A stretch of DNA of 63,734 bases from Pocillopora damicornis (taxonomy: Eukaryota), in NCBI RefSeq assembly GCF_003704095.1, contig NW_020845073.1, positions 434,267 to 498,000 of the forward strand, in the 5' to 3' direction. This document shows, in pieces, positions 34,548 through 47,396 of this stretch. Each line of letters opens with the position of its first letter. Position 1 is the first letter of the stretch. The notes beneath the pieces are model-generated. The model searched no databases. It had not been told where the DNA came from and saw nothing but the letters and a program-made list of their open reading frames with translations. A program made the position numbers and the translations under genes.

Positions 34548-36376
34548 CTATAATTCATTGGCCATTATTTCAGCTAGTTTATCACTAAAATAGTCCTCAA
34601 CTTTTGAAGAAATTTTCCCTTGTCTTGCATGGAACTCAAGCATTTCCAGTAACAGACATCTTGTTTTGGCAGATGAGTTATCAGAGAGTATAGTGTCTCT
34701 CATCATTCCCAAGAGTTCCTCTGCTTTCTCCTGTCCAGAAGAATCAGCAAAATGTAGTTACACAAAGTTAGCCAAATTAATGTACATGACTACCACTGAT
34801 AGAAAATAGGACTGTCTCCTTAGACCAAGGTTTGAAGATAGATACATGAAAGATTCACTTGCATATAGAGGTTCATCTTTTCAAAATATCTTTATCTACC
34901 ATGACAAGGAGGAAGAAGCTTCCAATTTGAATTATCTTAGGCAGCAGTAAGTCCTAATTAAAATTCTTATTTTTCTGTTTCTTAGTGATTGGTTTTTGCT
35001 AAAAATATTAATGGGTTTTTGGATTTGATATCCAATGTGGTTTTTGGTGTTTCCTATTTGACCTATTTGGGTTCCAGTTTCTCTTCGATCTGAGTGGCAA
35101 TTACGTGCCTCCACTGATCTCAAACAGCAGCTAATTGCAAATGTTAACAAGACAATTGCATGACAAACCAATTGAATTATTGCAGGGATCCCTAAGTAGC
35201 GTCTGTGTAGCCATACCCTTCCCCCCCAAGGTGAGGGGAAGAGCAACTACACGGAGGGTACAGCTAAGCACAGAACATTGTCAGGGTTTCTTTATCAACG
35301 CCACCTTGGAGTTGGTGACCAAGTTACAGGCCACATGCGACCGATTGATTCAACATTCCAATTACATCTCTAAACTTTCAGGTCTTAGTTCATAAATGGA
35401 AATGTTAGATTAGGGATTTTTGATAAAACTTTCCAGAGCTATAGCTTTCTGTGACTGTAAAATTGCAATCCTATGAAGGTCTTTAGTGTGAATTTCCTTA
35501 ATTTAACTAGGCTCCATTACCAGCTGCTGAGTCTGCAGAGACCATGCTCAAGGTCCTGAAGAGAGCAGCTGTTAATTTAAGCAGATACTAGAAGATACGA
35601 ATGCCAAGTCCATAATCCATAATAGGCCCCAATGCCCCCTTCCTAAATGTTTGATTCAGCTGTGATAAAGTAAAGAGAAATTGAGTGCGGGTCACTCTTG
35701 GCGGTTAGAAGGCTAACACAACCCTGCTTTTACCTACCTGATTAACGGTCTCCAAAAGAAATCCTACACCTTTAAAATTCTCATAAAAACAGTCTATTTC
35801 ATCTCCTTCGAGCTCTTCATCATTATTGCCGTTCTGTCCTTCGCTCGATAATAGCTCACTCAACGTCTGATGTACCGCTGCTGCTAGGGGTCTTAACGGG
35901 GCCTCACCAGTTCGAAGATGACGAAAAAGTTCGCAAATAAAACACGCTAGCCCGATCCATTCGCTTGTGGAGTTCGCACGAATACTTTCTCTCTTCTTGT
36001 ACTGTTCTTGAGTAGATTTCAACAAATCGCCTCTAAATGCAATTCCAAATGATTCATCAGAGCAAAGCTTGTTAGCTACTTTGGCAGCTAGAGGTGCAAA
36101 ATCGCTCTTCTTGATCGTCCGCTGAATTAAATGATCAACGACGTCCTTAACTTTCGTCGATGAACTAGATTGTGAAATGTGGTGAGAAATTTCCTTAACT
36201 TGTGTGTCCAAAGTGTTTTCCCTTAGATCGTTCAGCACCTTTGTCAAATCAAATTCATTAGACGATTTTTCTGTTGAAATATCAGCTTGCTGCTCAGATT
36301 TTTCTCCCGATTTGCCCGGCTTTGGTACTCCAAATCCACCTCTGCCTCGACCACGGCCTCGTGCAGCGGCCGCCAT
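34548..36376 (-). CDS. MIF4GD: MIF4G domain protein, MIF4GD/SLIP1-CTIF family, 273 aa; exons 36376-35738, 34730-34548
   Basis: FRGDLLKSTQEQYKKRESIRANSTSEWIGLACFICELFRHLR...DEIDC...VGFLLETVN...LLLEMLEF aligns by eye with SLIP1 (FRRGLLNRLQQEY...WVCYVTFICNIFDYLR...EEVDC...LLLEIIEF); N-terminal RGRGRGRGG. Confidence 0.75.
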
Positions 36377-36685
36377 CTTGATCACCAGTGCCAGTTGCTT
36401 TGTTACCGGGAGGCACTAGGACCAGTAAAGCTTTTCAAGTAGCTCCTCACTGGGGTAGGGTTGTACACCTTCTGTGTTTAATTCATTTTCACCGAGTCTG
36501 TGTTCTGATGTGTTTCAAGATTTTCGACAAACCAAATTATGAGGTTGCGAAACTGTTTTTAGAACGAAAAAAGAACGTTATTCTGAACTTCGTAGTACAA
36601 AACATTTTTGCCAAGCCTCCACCAGTCCGGTTCACATTGTAATAATACCCAGTACACTTTGCGAAACGCGATACCAAGATGGCGC
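36369..36685. promoter_or_regulatory. Bidirectional promoter MIF4GD/SMU1 with TISU/YY1-type start contexts
   Basis: ATGs 302 bp apart; minus strand CAAGATGGCGGC (36380-36369) and plus strand CAAGATGGCGC (36675-36685). Confidence 0.6.
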
Positions 36686-39600
36686 TTGAAGTAGAGTCTG
36701 CCGAGTAAGTGCACTTTAATGTTGTTATTTGTGCATGTAAAGGACTGATGCTCCAACCATTACCTCTGATCAAATCACTAATTGATAATATTTCCAAGGT
36801 TATCGCTTTATTTTTCGAGAGAGCTAAATTATTGGAAAAATTATCCAAGAAGTAACCACGTGTAGGGGCAGAAATTACGCGACGCCGATTATGAAAGTCA
36901 GTGCAGACGAGCAGGCAATTGTTTTGATGGCGTAGGGTGATAGAATATTCCTTTCATGAGGGGAACTAAGATAACCGTTTGGTTTGATCTACAGTCAGGA
37001 AAATAGCGGCAAAATAAATTTGTTTTAGGAACGATCGTCTTGAATGCTCTCTATTCAAACAGCTCTACAGCGTTGGCTGTACTTGTTGTTGTTGTCAGGT
37101 AGCTTTTTCGATAATGGTACTAGGACGGAGAGGAGTTCAATTCGGTTTGTAATCATTCGAGTGATCAAAAAAAGCGGACGACCGCGAAGCAGGAGTCCTT
37201 TTTGTTAATTATGAGTATGATTACATACAGAATTGTACGACACGAAGTCCAGTTGCCAATTAATCAAAACTATGACAAAATTTTAAAAAGAAAGAAGACA
37301 TCGGTTATAAGTTTTCATAAAAAAGCAGCAGTTAACTCTGCAAAATACACAACAACAGTGCATGCACATGATGAGTACTGTCCATTTATGCAAGCATGAT
37401 TGCATCAACTGTCCTACCAATGATAAAATCAGGCTGGTGATAACCAATCAAGTTTGAGAATTTTGTTATAATTTTGATTAGTTTTAGAAAAAAATAGTTG
37501 AGGAATTTCATGTACCTTATCAAGCACCTGATCACTTTACTTAGTAACCATGGACAATTGATTCAAACAAAGGTACAATATAACATGATAAGAAACAACA
37601 ACTCTCAGTGGAAAATCAGACTGCATCTACAAGAGCAGGCAAGGATAAAAACCTGAGTAAACTAAGAAAAAAATCCAGCAAGCTCTCAGAGCAGGGCACA
37701 GATTGAATTAAGGACCTGATGATGTCAATTTGTTTAACTAGCTGTGTCTAATCAATTCACAGTTTGGTAATATTATGACTTGATTTAAATTTCAGTGTGA
37801 TCCGACTGATCCAACAATTTCTTAAAGAAAACAGTTTACCAAGAACCCTTGCAACTTTGCAGGTACATTAAGAGTAATAATAACTGCTGTAAGAAAAGCA
37901 ACTGAAAGAAGATATTAGAGAATTTCCTTCTGTGTGCGTCAGGAGGTGCTTGCTTCCCATACGTAAATGTAAGAATTGGAATCCCTGTGGTTTCCATTGT
38001 TGTGTTGTTAGCAGTATGGAACACTTAGTTTGTTATGTTTCCTGCAGGAAGAAACTGGAATTACCTTGAATACTGTTGACAGTGTAGAGAGTTTTGTAGG
38101 GGAAATAAACAATGGCCACTGGGATACAGTCCTTCAGGCAATTCAGCCACTCAAGCTACCTGACAAGAAACTTATTGACTTGTATGAACAGGTAGGGGAG
38201 ACCTTTCTACATTGCTCACATTTATTGAAGCAGAATCTAAAAGCTGTTTGTCATCATGGCAGCACATTTCTCCTCTTTCTCTTTGTTTGTAGTGTCCTTA
38301 ACATTTGAAATTGTGTTATAATTGTGATGTAGATTGTTTTGGAGCTCATTGAGTTGCGTGAACTGGGAGCTGCAAGGTCATTGCTGCGCCAAACAGATCC
38401 CATGATCATGTTGAAGCAACAACAGCCTGATCGATATCTTCATCTGGAAAACATGTTGGCTCGTTCTTATTTTGATCCTAGAGAGGTAAGCCATTGATAG
38501 TTTAAAAAAAGGAACAGATATGAAATTTCATGAACCATTTATTAGTTAGTGAGTGTGAACGTGGGAGCCTTTTGATGGCAGAATAGATAAGATTGGACAA
38601 ATATAGAAATGATCCTTGCAGTTATGAACACTACTGAACTAGTAGTTGAAATAAGGCCTGAAAAAAATTCAGGCCCATACAGGATTTGAACCTATGACCT
38701 CTGCAATACCAGCGCAGTGCTCTACCAACTGAGCTAACTGGGAGCTGGTCATAATTTTGGATCCAAATAAACCTTCAAAGTGGTGAAATAGTCAGATGAG
38801 ATTAGATTGGGCCATTCTTGCTCTTGCTGGGGAGCACAGGGTCTCCACCATGGCTCTCAGTTTTTTTGGCAGTTCCCTTTGCCTCCCTCCAAGTGAAGAT
38901 GGCACAATGCTGCAAATGTTATTTTCAACTATTTTCCAATTCACTTTTTAGGCATACCCAGAAGGTGGTAGTAAAGAGCGAAGGAGAGCTGCAATAGCAC
39001 AAGGTATTTATGTCTTTAAACTAAGTATTAATTGTCTTTGTTTTGATGGGAACCATAGTTTTTCTTTACTAAGTTGCCTCCTGTAAAGAGCAAAAATTTC
39101 ATGGAAGGCTTTTTTTACATACACAATTTTTAAAATTTAGTTTTATCAGCTGAGTTGAGTAAAATAATCAGCCATGGTATTGAGTTTCTAAATCTGATGT
39201 TTTAGGGTTTAGCTCTTTGCCACAGAAAATGTGAATAAATTGCGTTCAGCATTGTTTTGGTTTGGAATTCTGTGCTGTGTTGAGAATTACCATTTCACCA
39301 TTTTCCAGCCTTGTCAGGTGAGGTGTCAGTTGTACCACCATCTCGTTTGTTGGCACTGCTTAGTCAAGCACTTAAATGGCAGCAGTATCAAGGTCTTCTT
39401 CCACCAGGAACTACTATTGATGTTTTTCGTGGAAAAGCTGCTGTGAAAGATGAAGAGGAGGAAAAATATCCCACTCAAATGAACAGAACCATCAAGGTAT
39501 GCAATGAATACTTTTATGTTTTCTGTTCACATTTAAACCTTTGGTTGTGAGTACAATAGCCAAACAAGCATAAGATATTGTGTTGAGTTATGAGCTGAAC

Positions 39601-42600
39601 AAGAAAGTTGCACCATATTTTTAATGAGTATAAGTGTGCTTCTTTTCCCCTCAGTTTGGGGCCAAATCACACCCTGAGTGTGTCAAGTTTTCTCCTGATG
39701 GGCAGTACTTGGTGACTGGGAGTGTGGATGGTTTTATTGAGGTGTGGAACTTTACAACAGGAAAGATCAGAAAGGATCTCAAGTACCAAGCTCAAGATAA
39801 CTTCATGATGATGGATGACTCTGTTTTGTGTTTATCCTTCAGTCGAGATAGTGAAATGTTAGCATCTGGAGGGCAAGATGGAAAGCTTAAAGTATGATTT
39901 TACTTTGTTTTTGTTAGATTGTGGTTTTGAATGTGATTTGTAATGAGGGGGGATGAAGGTTTAGGTGTCCTAAATTTTACAATAGAATCTTGACGACTTG
40001 AAATGAGAAATATTTGAAGATAACAGGGAGTTATAGTTGGTTAATAAAGGATGATTAGCAATGCATTTGAAAGGAGGTGGAGTTTGCAAGAAGTTTGCTT
40101 AACCCTTTAACCCCTAAAAGTGACCAGCATCTAATTTCTCCTTACAATATCACCACTGAATCGCACATTAATGTCATGAGAATAAAGGAAATGATCACCA
40201 GCTTAAGAATCTCTTAATTTTTGGACAAATTCTCCTTGTCAGCACCTTAGTAAATGTACAGAGAGCAGTATGGAGAATATGTATACTGATGTTAGGGTGT
40301 AAAGGGTTAAGTGAACCCAGTTGTTGATAGGGAGGTTCCATTTATCTTAAGGTTGTTTCCTTCCTGCTCTCAGATTTTGTTCTTTCATCTGATTGTTCTC
40401 CTTTCTTGTTTTACTCTGTTTCTTTGTCCTGTAGTATTTTTCTCTCCTTCCTAAATCATTTCTTTTATGTCTGTCGGTGTAATTAATTTTCAGATTGTAT
40501 TTCCAGGTCTGGAAGTTACAAACTGGTCAGTGCCTGCGACGTTTTGAGAAGGCTCATGCTAAAGGAGTAACTTGTGTAACATTTTCTCGTGATGCGAGTC
40601 AGCTGCTGAGTGGTTCTTTTGATATGACAATAAGGTGCGTATACAAACGCAAGATGCTTTTTCCATGAGACAGTTTGAGGTAAACTAAACTTCTGGTAAT
40701 GTTGCTTGGTTATGCTCAGTGATTGGTACTGGAAACTCTTGCGTTACCCTCTCCACCAATCAATTGTAAAATTTAAACCAATCGTAGCTTGGTCTTTCAC
40801 ATTTTCCTACACTTAATGATCATTACTTGTAATGAGTTTGTGTTCTCATTGACCCCTGTATTGATCTTTGTTCTGATTGTTGCCCGTGATTACTTTGGCT
40901 TTGGGACACTCATTTGAAATGCGGTATGTGGGGAACATGCCCTAGTACTTTCCTTTATGGACACACTATATACCACTATATACATATAGGCATACACTTA
41001 CATGGAACTATTTCAAAAATTAAAACGATATACAATGTACCTGTTGCATATGCAGCCTTCCTGGTGAAGAGTGGGCTGAAAACAAGACACGTTAGATAAA
41101 ATCCGAGAGTTTGCATCTGTCCTTAAAAGAGAGCATTTAATGTGGTGGACATTTTATTAGAACTGTTTTAAATTTTTTCTGTACTTTCCTAAGTAATCAG
41201 GCCTTTATGTGTAATGGATTAAAATAGGTGCAGTTTTAATACTAGCTCTACTATTGTCATTTTCCTAACCTTGACTCATTTTTGCTAAAGTATGTAACCT
41301 CTTTGCAGAATGCATGGGTTAAAATCTGGCAAGACCTTAAAGGAATTCCGTGGACATACATCGTTTGTAAATGACGCTATTTTTACAACAGATGCCCACA
41401 ACATCATCAGTGCCAGTAGCGATGGAACTGTTAAGGTACCCAAGTGTAATCATGAATCAACATTAAAGCTCTCTCTTTGAACAAAGGGATTTTAGAATGC
41501 AGTCAACAGACTCCATGGAAATAGAAACAGATAATTTTTTTTTATGCATGAGAAATTGTCTGCTTGCAGAGTAGGCACAGAAGTGAAACTCATCTTTGTA
41601 CCTTAAACAATCAAATATGAAGTTAAAGGGTGTTTAAGATGTAATTGTTCATTTTTCATTGCACTCATGTTAGCACTCTATAATGCCTGATTTTATAGTT
41701 GTTCCATTTTATTCTTTTGTTCAGCTTTGGAATATTAAAACAACCGAGTGTCTTCACACGTTCAAGCCATCAGTAGGGAGTGTTGCCACTGATATCACAG
41801 TAAACTCTGTGCATGTGATGCCAAGAAATCCTGAACAGTTTGTGGTGTGCAACAGAACAAGCACTGTACTGGTTATGAACATGCAAGGACAGGTAGGATT
41901 CATGACACATGTTTGTCTGACAACCAATCTAAAATGTTAAATCTACTACACACTTAACACTTTTGATTAGATTTCGATCCTATTGCTGATGATTCAAGCA
42001 ACATAATAGGACCCTTGTTGCAGATGTATCTTTCATATGGGAAAAATTATGATCTTTTTTTTTGTCTCTTAATCAAGAAATTTCCTGTTCTTCTAGGCTG
42101 ATTGGGAGCTGTTGTGAACTACTAAGTTAGCCACACTTTAGTCTGTGAGGATTCAACTTCAGTAAATCTAAGATGAATACAATTTTCCATTTCCTGATGG
42201 TACTGAAATTTTTGTTTTCCTCCAGATTGTGCGTAGTTTCACCAGTGGTAAAAGAGACGGTGGTGACTTTGTGTGTTGCACCCTCTCCCCCAGGGGAGAA
42301 TGGATATACTGTGTAGGGGAGGATATGGTCATGTACTGTTTTAGTGCCTCTACAGGAAAACTAGAGCAGTCTTTACAGGTATGTGGTGACATTTTATTGA
42401 GTGGTAGGTTTTTGCCTTATTTTTTTTGCATGAAGAAAACAAAGAATTGTAATTGTTCATTTTTCATGCCCTTAAAATTGGCAATGTTTGAGTATATTCA
42501 AACCTCATTGTCGAAAAGGCTGTTTTCTTTGGGTTGGAATTCTGCACAGTTATAAATAATCCCCATTCATTAAAAGAGGCACCCAATTTAAACCTCTACC

Positions 42601-42997
42601 TTTATAGATTTCTCAAAAATAGCCTACATAGAAAAATCTGTTCATTTGGAATCTTTGTTAATCTTCGTCATCTTAAACCATTCACATTTACTTTTTTTTG
42701 TTTTGTTTATTATTTCCATTTGGCTTTTTATCTGTTACCAAACCGATATTTTGTGTTTCTATTGCATTGGAGGCAGTTGTATCTGTTGCATAAAAAGGTA
42801 ACTTGAATCACCTTGATGCTGAACAGAAGAATTTGCCAACTCATGAGGTTTGGACAACTCCTACATTGGACATCAAATTTTTCTTTTCTATATTTCAGAT
42901 TCATGACAAGGATGTGATAGGTGTTGAACATCACCCTCACAACAATCTGATCTCCACCTACAGTGAAGACGGACAATTAAAACTGTGGCAACCATGA
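36679..42997 (+). CDS. SMU1: WD40 repeat spliceosomal factor SMU1, 513 aa; exons 36679-36704, 37796-37862, 38048-38191, 38333-38485, 38952-39003, 39309-39496, 39655-39891, 40507-40634, 41309-41435, 41725-41892, 42226-42378, 42899-42997
   Basis: [23 protein letters not shown] (LisH), [11 protein letters not shown] (CTLH), [36 protein letters not shown], ending [13 protein letters not shown]. Twelve exons sum to 1542 nt in frame. Confidence 0.97.
37110..37480. repeat. Interspersed repeat in SMU1 intron 1
   Basis: Begins ATAATGGTACTAGGACGGAGAGGAGTTCAATTCGG and ends GATAACCAATCA...GAGAATTTTGTTATA; typical anthozoan non-autonomous element by recognition only. Confidence 0.4.
38605..38790 (-). mobile_element. 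tRNA-derived SINE-like repeat in SMU1 intron 4
   Basis: Minus strand has a Pol III A box (TAGCTCAGTTGGTAGAGC) and B box (GGTTCAAATCC), followed by the hairpin GGCCTGAATTTTTTTCAGGCC. Acceptor and anticodon stems do not pair cleanly. Confidence 0.7.
40099..40310. mobile_element. piggyBac-type MITE (204 bp plus TTAA TSDs) in SMU1 intron 7
   Basis: TTAA|CCCTTTAACCCCTAA ... TTAGGGTGTAAAGGG|TTAA. Confidence 0.85.
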
Positions 42998-44639
42998 GAA
43001 ATACATGAAAAAACCTGTGTGTTACTCAGACATAGATTCGCCCTCTTAAAACTTACTGCTAACTAAGAAAAAAAAGAACTCAAAATAAAACATCTAAGCC
43101 ATGGAAGGATTTGCAAACTTGTTCATCAGTTTTGTAGGGCTTGAAATAGATGGAGGGCGCTTTATTAAAAAACTTTTCATTGAATCTTGAAATGAAACTG
43201 TTCAATTTAACCAGGCCTAGCTTGTACTCTACTTTTAGTTTTTTTTGTGCCTCTGTGAACTTGACTTTGTGTATAGAACTTGCAGGTTTTTTTTTTCTTC
43301 AAGAATTAGAGCCTGGATCATTCTGACTTGTATAAATAAATTTATCAAAGGTGTGTTGTTCTGGTATCCATCTTGAATAATCTTTGTGAAATTTCAGTTA
43401 ATCATGATAATTGATAACAAAAACCCCAAAAGTAATAAGCAAGCAAATTCACCATACAGATGTCAATACATTCCCTAGCTAGCAGGGGTTGGGAATCAGG
43501 CTGAAGGTGGTATCCTGATATGATACTGAATTCTCTCACTAACTTACAAGAAAAATTATCACGGTTAATCGCCAACTGAATCTTTTGAACTTGAGGGTTA
43601 AGAAGAATGTTTGGTGTTGTCACTGGCAATTTGAAGCATGGCGTGCATTCAGTTAGCAACACATTGAGAATTTTTGCAAGGGAAGAATTAAATAGAGATA
43701 TTAATCTCCATGCGAAAATCCAAATCTAAAGATTTGACTATTTAAATAATTTCAAGAATTGGCACTTTTCTGCAACTTGGGCCATCTATGGCTTATTGCT
43801 TTTTCTCATACTTCAAGCAGATTTTAAATGTGAATTTTCTTCCAGTTTCAATTGACTCTTTATATTTTTCCCTTTGTTTTGATTGGCTGATATGATCACT
43901 TTGGTTTAAGTTGGTTTTGTAACAATCCATCGTGATGCATAGTACATTGTGTTGTAAATGTACTCCTGGTTTTCTACCTAATTATAGTCAACTTCTCTCA
44001 GTAACAGCCTTGAGAAGTTTGGTTTTTTTAAATTTACTCAAACACTCTATCTTTTTTCTGGAGAAAGTATATTTAATAGCTAAAGAATCTGTGAACTATT
44101 GTTGCCTCTAAAGGACAATATACTCTAAACAACATTCATATGATAATAATACTCCAACTGCGTTGTTTCAATTCAAAAATAAATTTAAAAAAATTGCTTA
44201 AGTTGATTGTTCAGCACCAGGACTAAATAGCTTTGGGAGAATCAGCATACACAAGACCTTTGATCTTCACTTGTTCACTATTACTGTATGACAGCTTATG
44301 TATGATAGCTTATAACTTTTCATTCAACATAGCAGCGAGCAAGTGAAAGTAACTTTGTTTGTTAGTGTTTTCCCTTCTAAACGTAACAGAATTCTTGGCT
44401 CCAAACCTTAAGGCATTGGTTAAAAATCAGGCAATCATTTAAAATTCTCAAAAATCATCCTTGCCTGGCATGGCCACTTAGAGAGACCACCTCCCTATTA
44501 CCAGCAGTAAATCATGACAACAAAGAGAGTTACTCAAAGTACCAATATCTAAATCCTTCATCCCTTATGAAAAAGACAGAGCAGCTGGCGTATTTTAAGT
44601 AATTACATTACTTTATGGTGACAACCTTCAGTGGTGGTG

Positions 44640-44917
44640 CAGGGCTCCATGCTTCACGACTTTCAAATTAACCAATTGGTGACCAGAAATCATAATGTTT
44701 TCACCAGATAAAGAAATTTTCAAAGGCAGAAAGAAGAAATGAAGAAAAAAAAAAACAGGATTACTCAGTTTTCTGTGTAAATGTTTATCTCTAACTAAAG
44801 ACCATAAGTTACATGGATGCCAAACATAAGTCACCAAATTGGCAATTTTGTTGCAAATTTAGCCATCGAATTGTTTTCTCAGCCTGGAGACCATATTGGT
44901 AGCAGCTTGAAGCCTTG
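44640..44917. mobile_element. Degenerate MITE with CAGGGCT termini (hAT-like)
   Basis: Left end CAGGGCTCCATGCT; right end AGCTTGAAGCCTTG (AGCTTGAAGCCCTG in the duplicate near 46863-46876); no TSD visible. Confidence 0.45.
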
Positions 44918-45333
44918 GGCTGAGATATGAATGTATCACCCAGCTACCACATCCTTTCATTGCCTGACCAACTTATATAATGAGCTATAAGTGAGTGCCT
45001 GCACAATGATGGAATCAATCAGCAAATACATAATAATCAATATATGTTTACTCTACCATAATAAAAAAGCTGGCAGACTACCTCCATTATCAACCTAAAG
45101 TTGACAAAAATAGATTTGTGAAAACCACCAAGTACACTTTAAAAAGCTAACAATTTGAATGTTTAAAGTGATTATTGATTTACAACCTAATCATGACCTG
45201 AGGGTCTAGAATTAGTTGTTTCTAAATTCTTTCAAACCTAATTTTTTTTGGCACCTAGGGTCTAAAAAATTCTCCATACAACCAAAGTTAACTTCTCTTT
45301 GGATAAGATATAAAAGATGTCATGTCCTCATGT

Positions 45334-46713
45334 TTACGAGGTAGCAGTGAGGGCTACGAAGCGAACAATCAAGCCCACAACAAAGAGAGTAATTCCTATG
45401 CCAATTGACAAGTTTGCCAACTTCCTGGCCTCCATGCTCGACATATTGGCTGTAGCAAAGTCTCCTCGAAAAATGGCATCACGTGTCTGCCCAAAGATGA
45501 AAAGAAAACAAATAATTGCACTCTTGTGTTACATAATGAAGTAAGCTGATTTCTTATGAATAAATATCAAGAAAGACATCTCATGAATTTTATTTTTAAT
45601 TTCAATTTTAATTTTAGTTGCGTGATATTTAAAAATATCAGGCAATTGTTGTCATGGCATAACAGATGTGGACCGGACTCAAGAGACCATGTGACAGCTT
45701 ACCTCATTGGATTTCAATATGGCACAAATTCCAGTTGGGCAAAAACAGAAGAGACATGCAAACCAGGCCAAGAAACAGTAATCAGGGGGTGCTAGCTGCG
45801 GTGCCAAAATAACACTGGGTCCAATGCCCCCTTGCTGAAAAAAATAATGAATAAAGCAATACTTGTGAAGCTAAGTGAATTTGACAGTGTTTTGATCATT
45901 TTTCAGACAGCACAGAATTGCAGGAAGAAAGTTTATTCAGACAATAATCCTGACTTACCACAACAGTGACAGAGTTTGTTTGTTGAGTTGTTATAGGAGG
46001 AACATAACCTTGTTGATAACTTGGGTAGTAACCAGGCTGTCCAGGTGGAAGCTGTGCATGGTAGCTAGGGGGCTGTGTTTGGTGTCCTGTTTTTTCAGGT
46101 GGGACACCTGCATATGGCTGTGGAGGGCCTGGGTATGCTGTGGGTGGTGGTGGCTGTTGCCAACCATACCCCTGGCCAGGGGGAGGGTACTGGGGTTGAG
46201 CTGATGCATCTCCTGAGTACGGGGGTGGTGCATAGGGAGGTGGTGCCAAACCTGAGAATAAACCATATCAAATTAATATTTAGTCACAAAGAAAATGCCA
46301 TGCTGAGAGGGCAAGAAAATTTCTCAGGTTCTCTGTTTAAGGTATGGCTGATGACATAAAGTTCTCTTGCTCAAGACACCTTCCCTTTATCTCTTCTCAC
46401 CAAGGAATAAAAATTGTGTGGAGAATCTGGAATGAATTGTATCCAGTGAATTACATGTATCTCTACATGTAGAGGAACCATTTATTTTGGAAGTTGTTAT
46501 CATAATGTTAGCCTGAGAACTTGAAATCCACATTCATCTTAATAGACAACAATGTAATAACTGTACCCTCTTCATGCTGCAGACTAAGCAAAAAACATTC
46601 AAAAGATACACAGATTGAACCACAGACAAAAATAGTCCATATAAAAAAAAGTAAGTATACTTTTACTAGCATAACTAAACCATACCATTGTCATTGGGTG
46701 TGTTAGGTTCCAT
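45334..46713 (-). CDS. CD225/dispanin (PRRT1/IFITM-like) protein a, 201 aa; coding exons 46713-46686, 46251-45959, 45834-45703, 45486-45334; likely 5' UTR exon ending at 47143
   Basis: MEPNTPNDN G|LAPPPYAPPPY Pro/Gln/Tyr-rich N-terminus; PPDYCFLAWFACLFCFCPTGICAILKSNE|TRDAIFRGDFATANMSSMEARKLA is a CD225 domain, followed by a TM segment; phases 1,0,0. Confidence 0.85.
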
Positions 46714-46840
46714 GTTAAATCAAAAGTAACCAAACAACTTTATTGAGCCTGAAAACTACAGAGAAACAAAAAAACCACCCTGAGAAAATACCAAGAAAAT
46801 TAGCATTAAATTCTGAATAAAACTATTGTTTTCTTCTCAG

Positions 46841-46948
46841 GCTGGAGACCATATTGGTAGCAGCTTGAAGCCCTGGACTGAGATGTGAATGTATCACCCA
46901 GCTACCACATCCTTTCATTGCCTGACCAACTTATATAATAAGCTACAA
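46841..46948 (+). repeat. 108-bp direct repeat of 44883-44990
   Basis: Six mismatches in 108 nt; both copies are preceded by TTCTCAG and followed by GTGAGT. Confidence 0.9.
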
Positions 46949-47277
46949 GTGAGTCTTTTATTCGGTCACAGTTTTTCACCATACGGACCTCATAGCCAGC
47001 AATTAACTTATATTTCGATGCCATCTTTCATCAATCCGAAGTCTGTCAGGCGAATCATCTTCGATATTCGGAAGTCTTATATTGTTCCTAAGCTTGAATA
47101 TAAAAAATAGCCTTAAACACGCCACAATATTGTAAGGCTTACCTTGGGAAATTATCAAGGGTGACTGATGAACACCTTCACTAATCTTAACGCGAATCTG
47201 TGAGCGCCGAAGGCTTTGAGGTCAAATTAGCTTCGACATCTGTTTCTGGTACCTTTCAAAGGCTTCAAATAATCCTT

Positions 47278-47396
47278 TGACGTCATTTCAAAGACGTCAT
47301 TCCGTTGCTAGCCAAACACGAGACCTGGGCACGAGCCTAAAAGCAGAGCGTACGTATAAAGGAAAACAGCTACACTGTTAGATTTTCCCGGAAAAT
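47278..47396. promoter_or_regulatory. CRE pair and GAS (STAT) palindrome upstream of the first exon of dispanin a
   Basis: TGACGTCA at 47278-47285, GACGTCA at 47293-47299, and TTCCCGGAA at 47385-47393 within ATTTTCCCGGAAAAT. Confidence 0.4.

Noticed and set aside
34548-36376. PAIP1 as an alternative identity
   Set aside because: No PAM2 motif or long acidic C-terminus; the motifs match SLIP1/CTIF better. A phylogeny would settle it.
38672-38748. tRNA gene
   Set aside because: A and B boxes are present, but the stems are broken and it continues into a repeat body; treated as a tRNA-derived SINE.
46567-46583. Micro-exon or alternative start for dispanin a
   Set aside because: Phase is incompatible on its own; exon 46713-46686 gives a clean phase-1 start.
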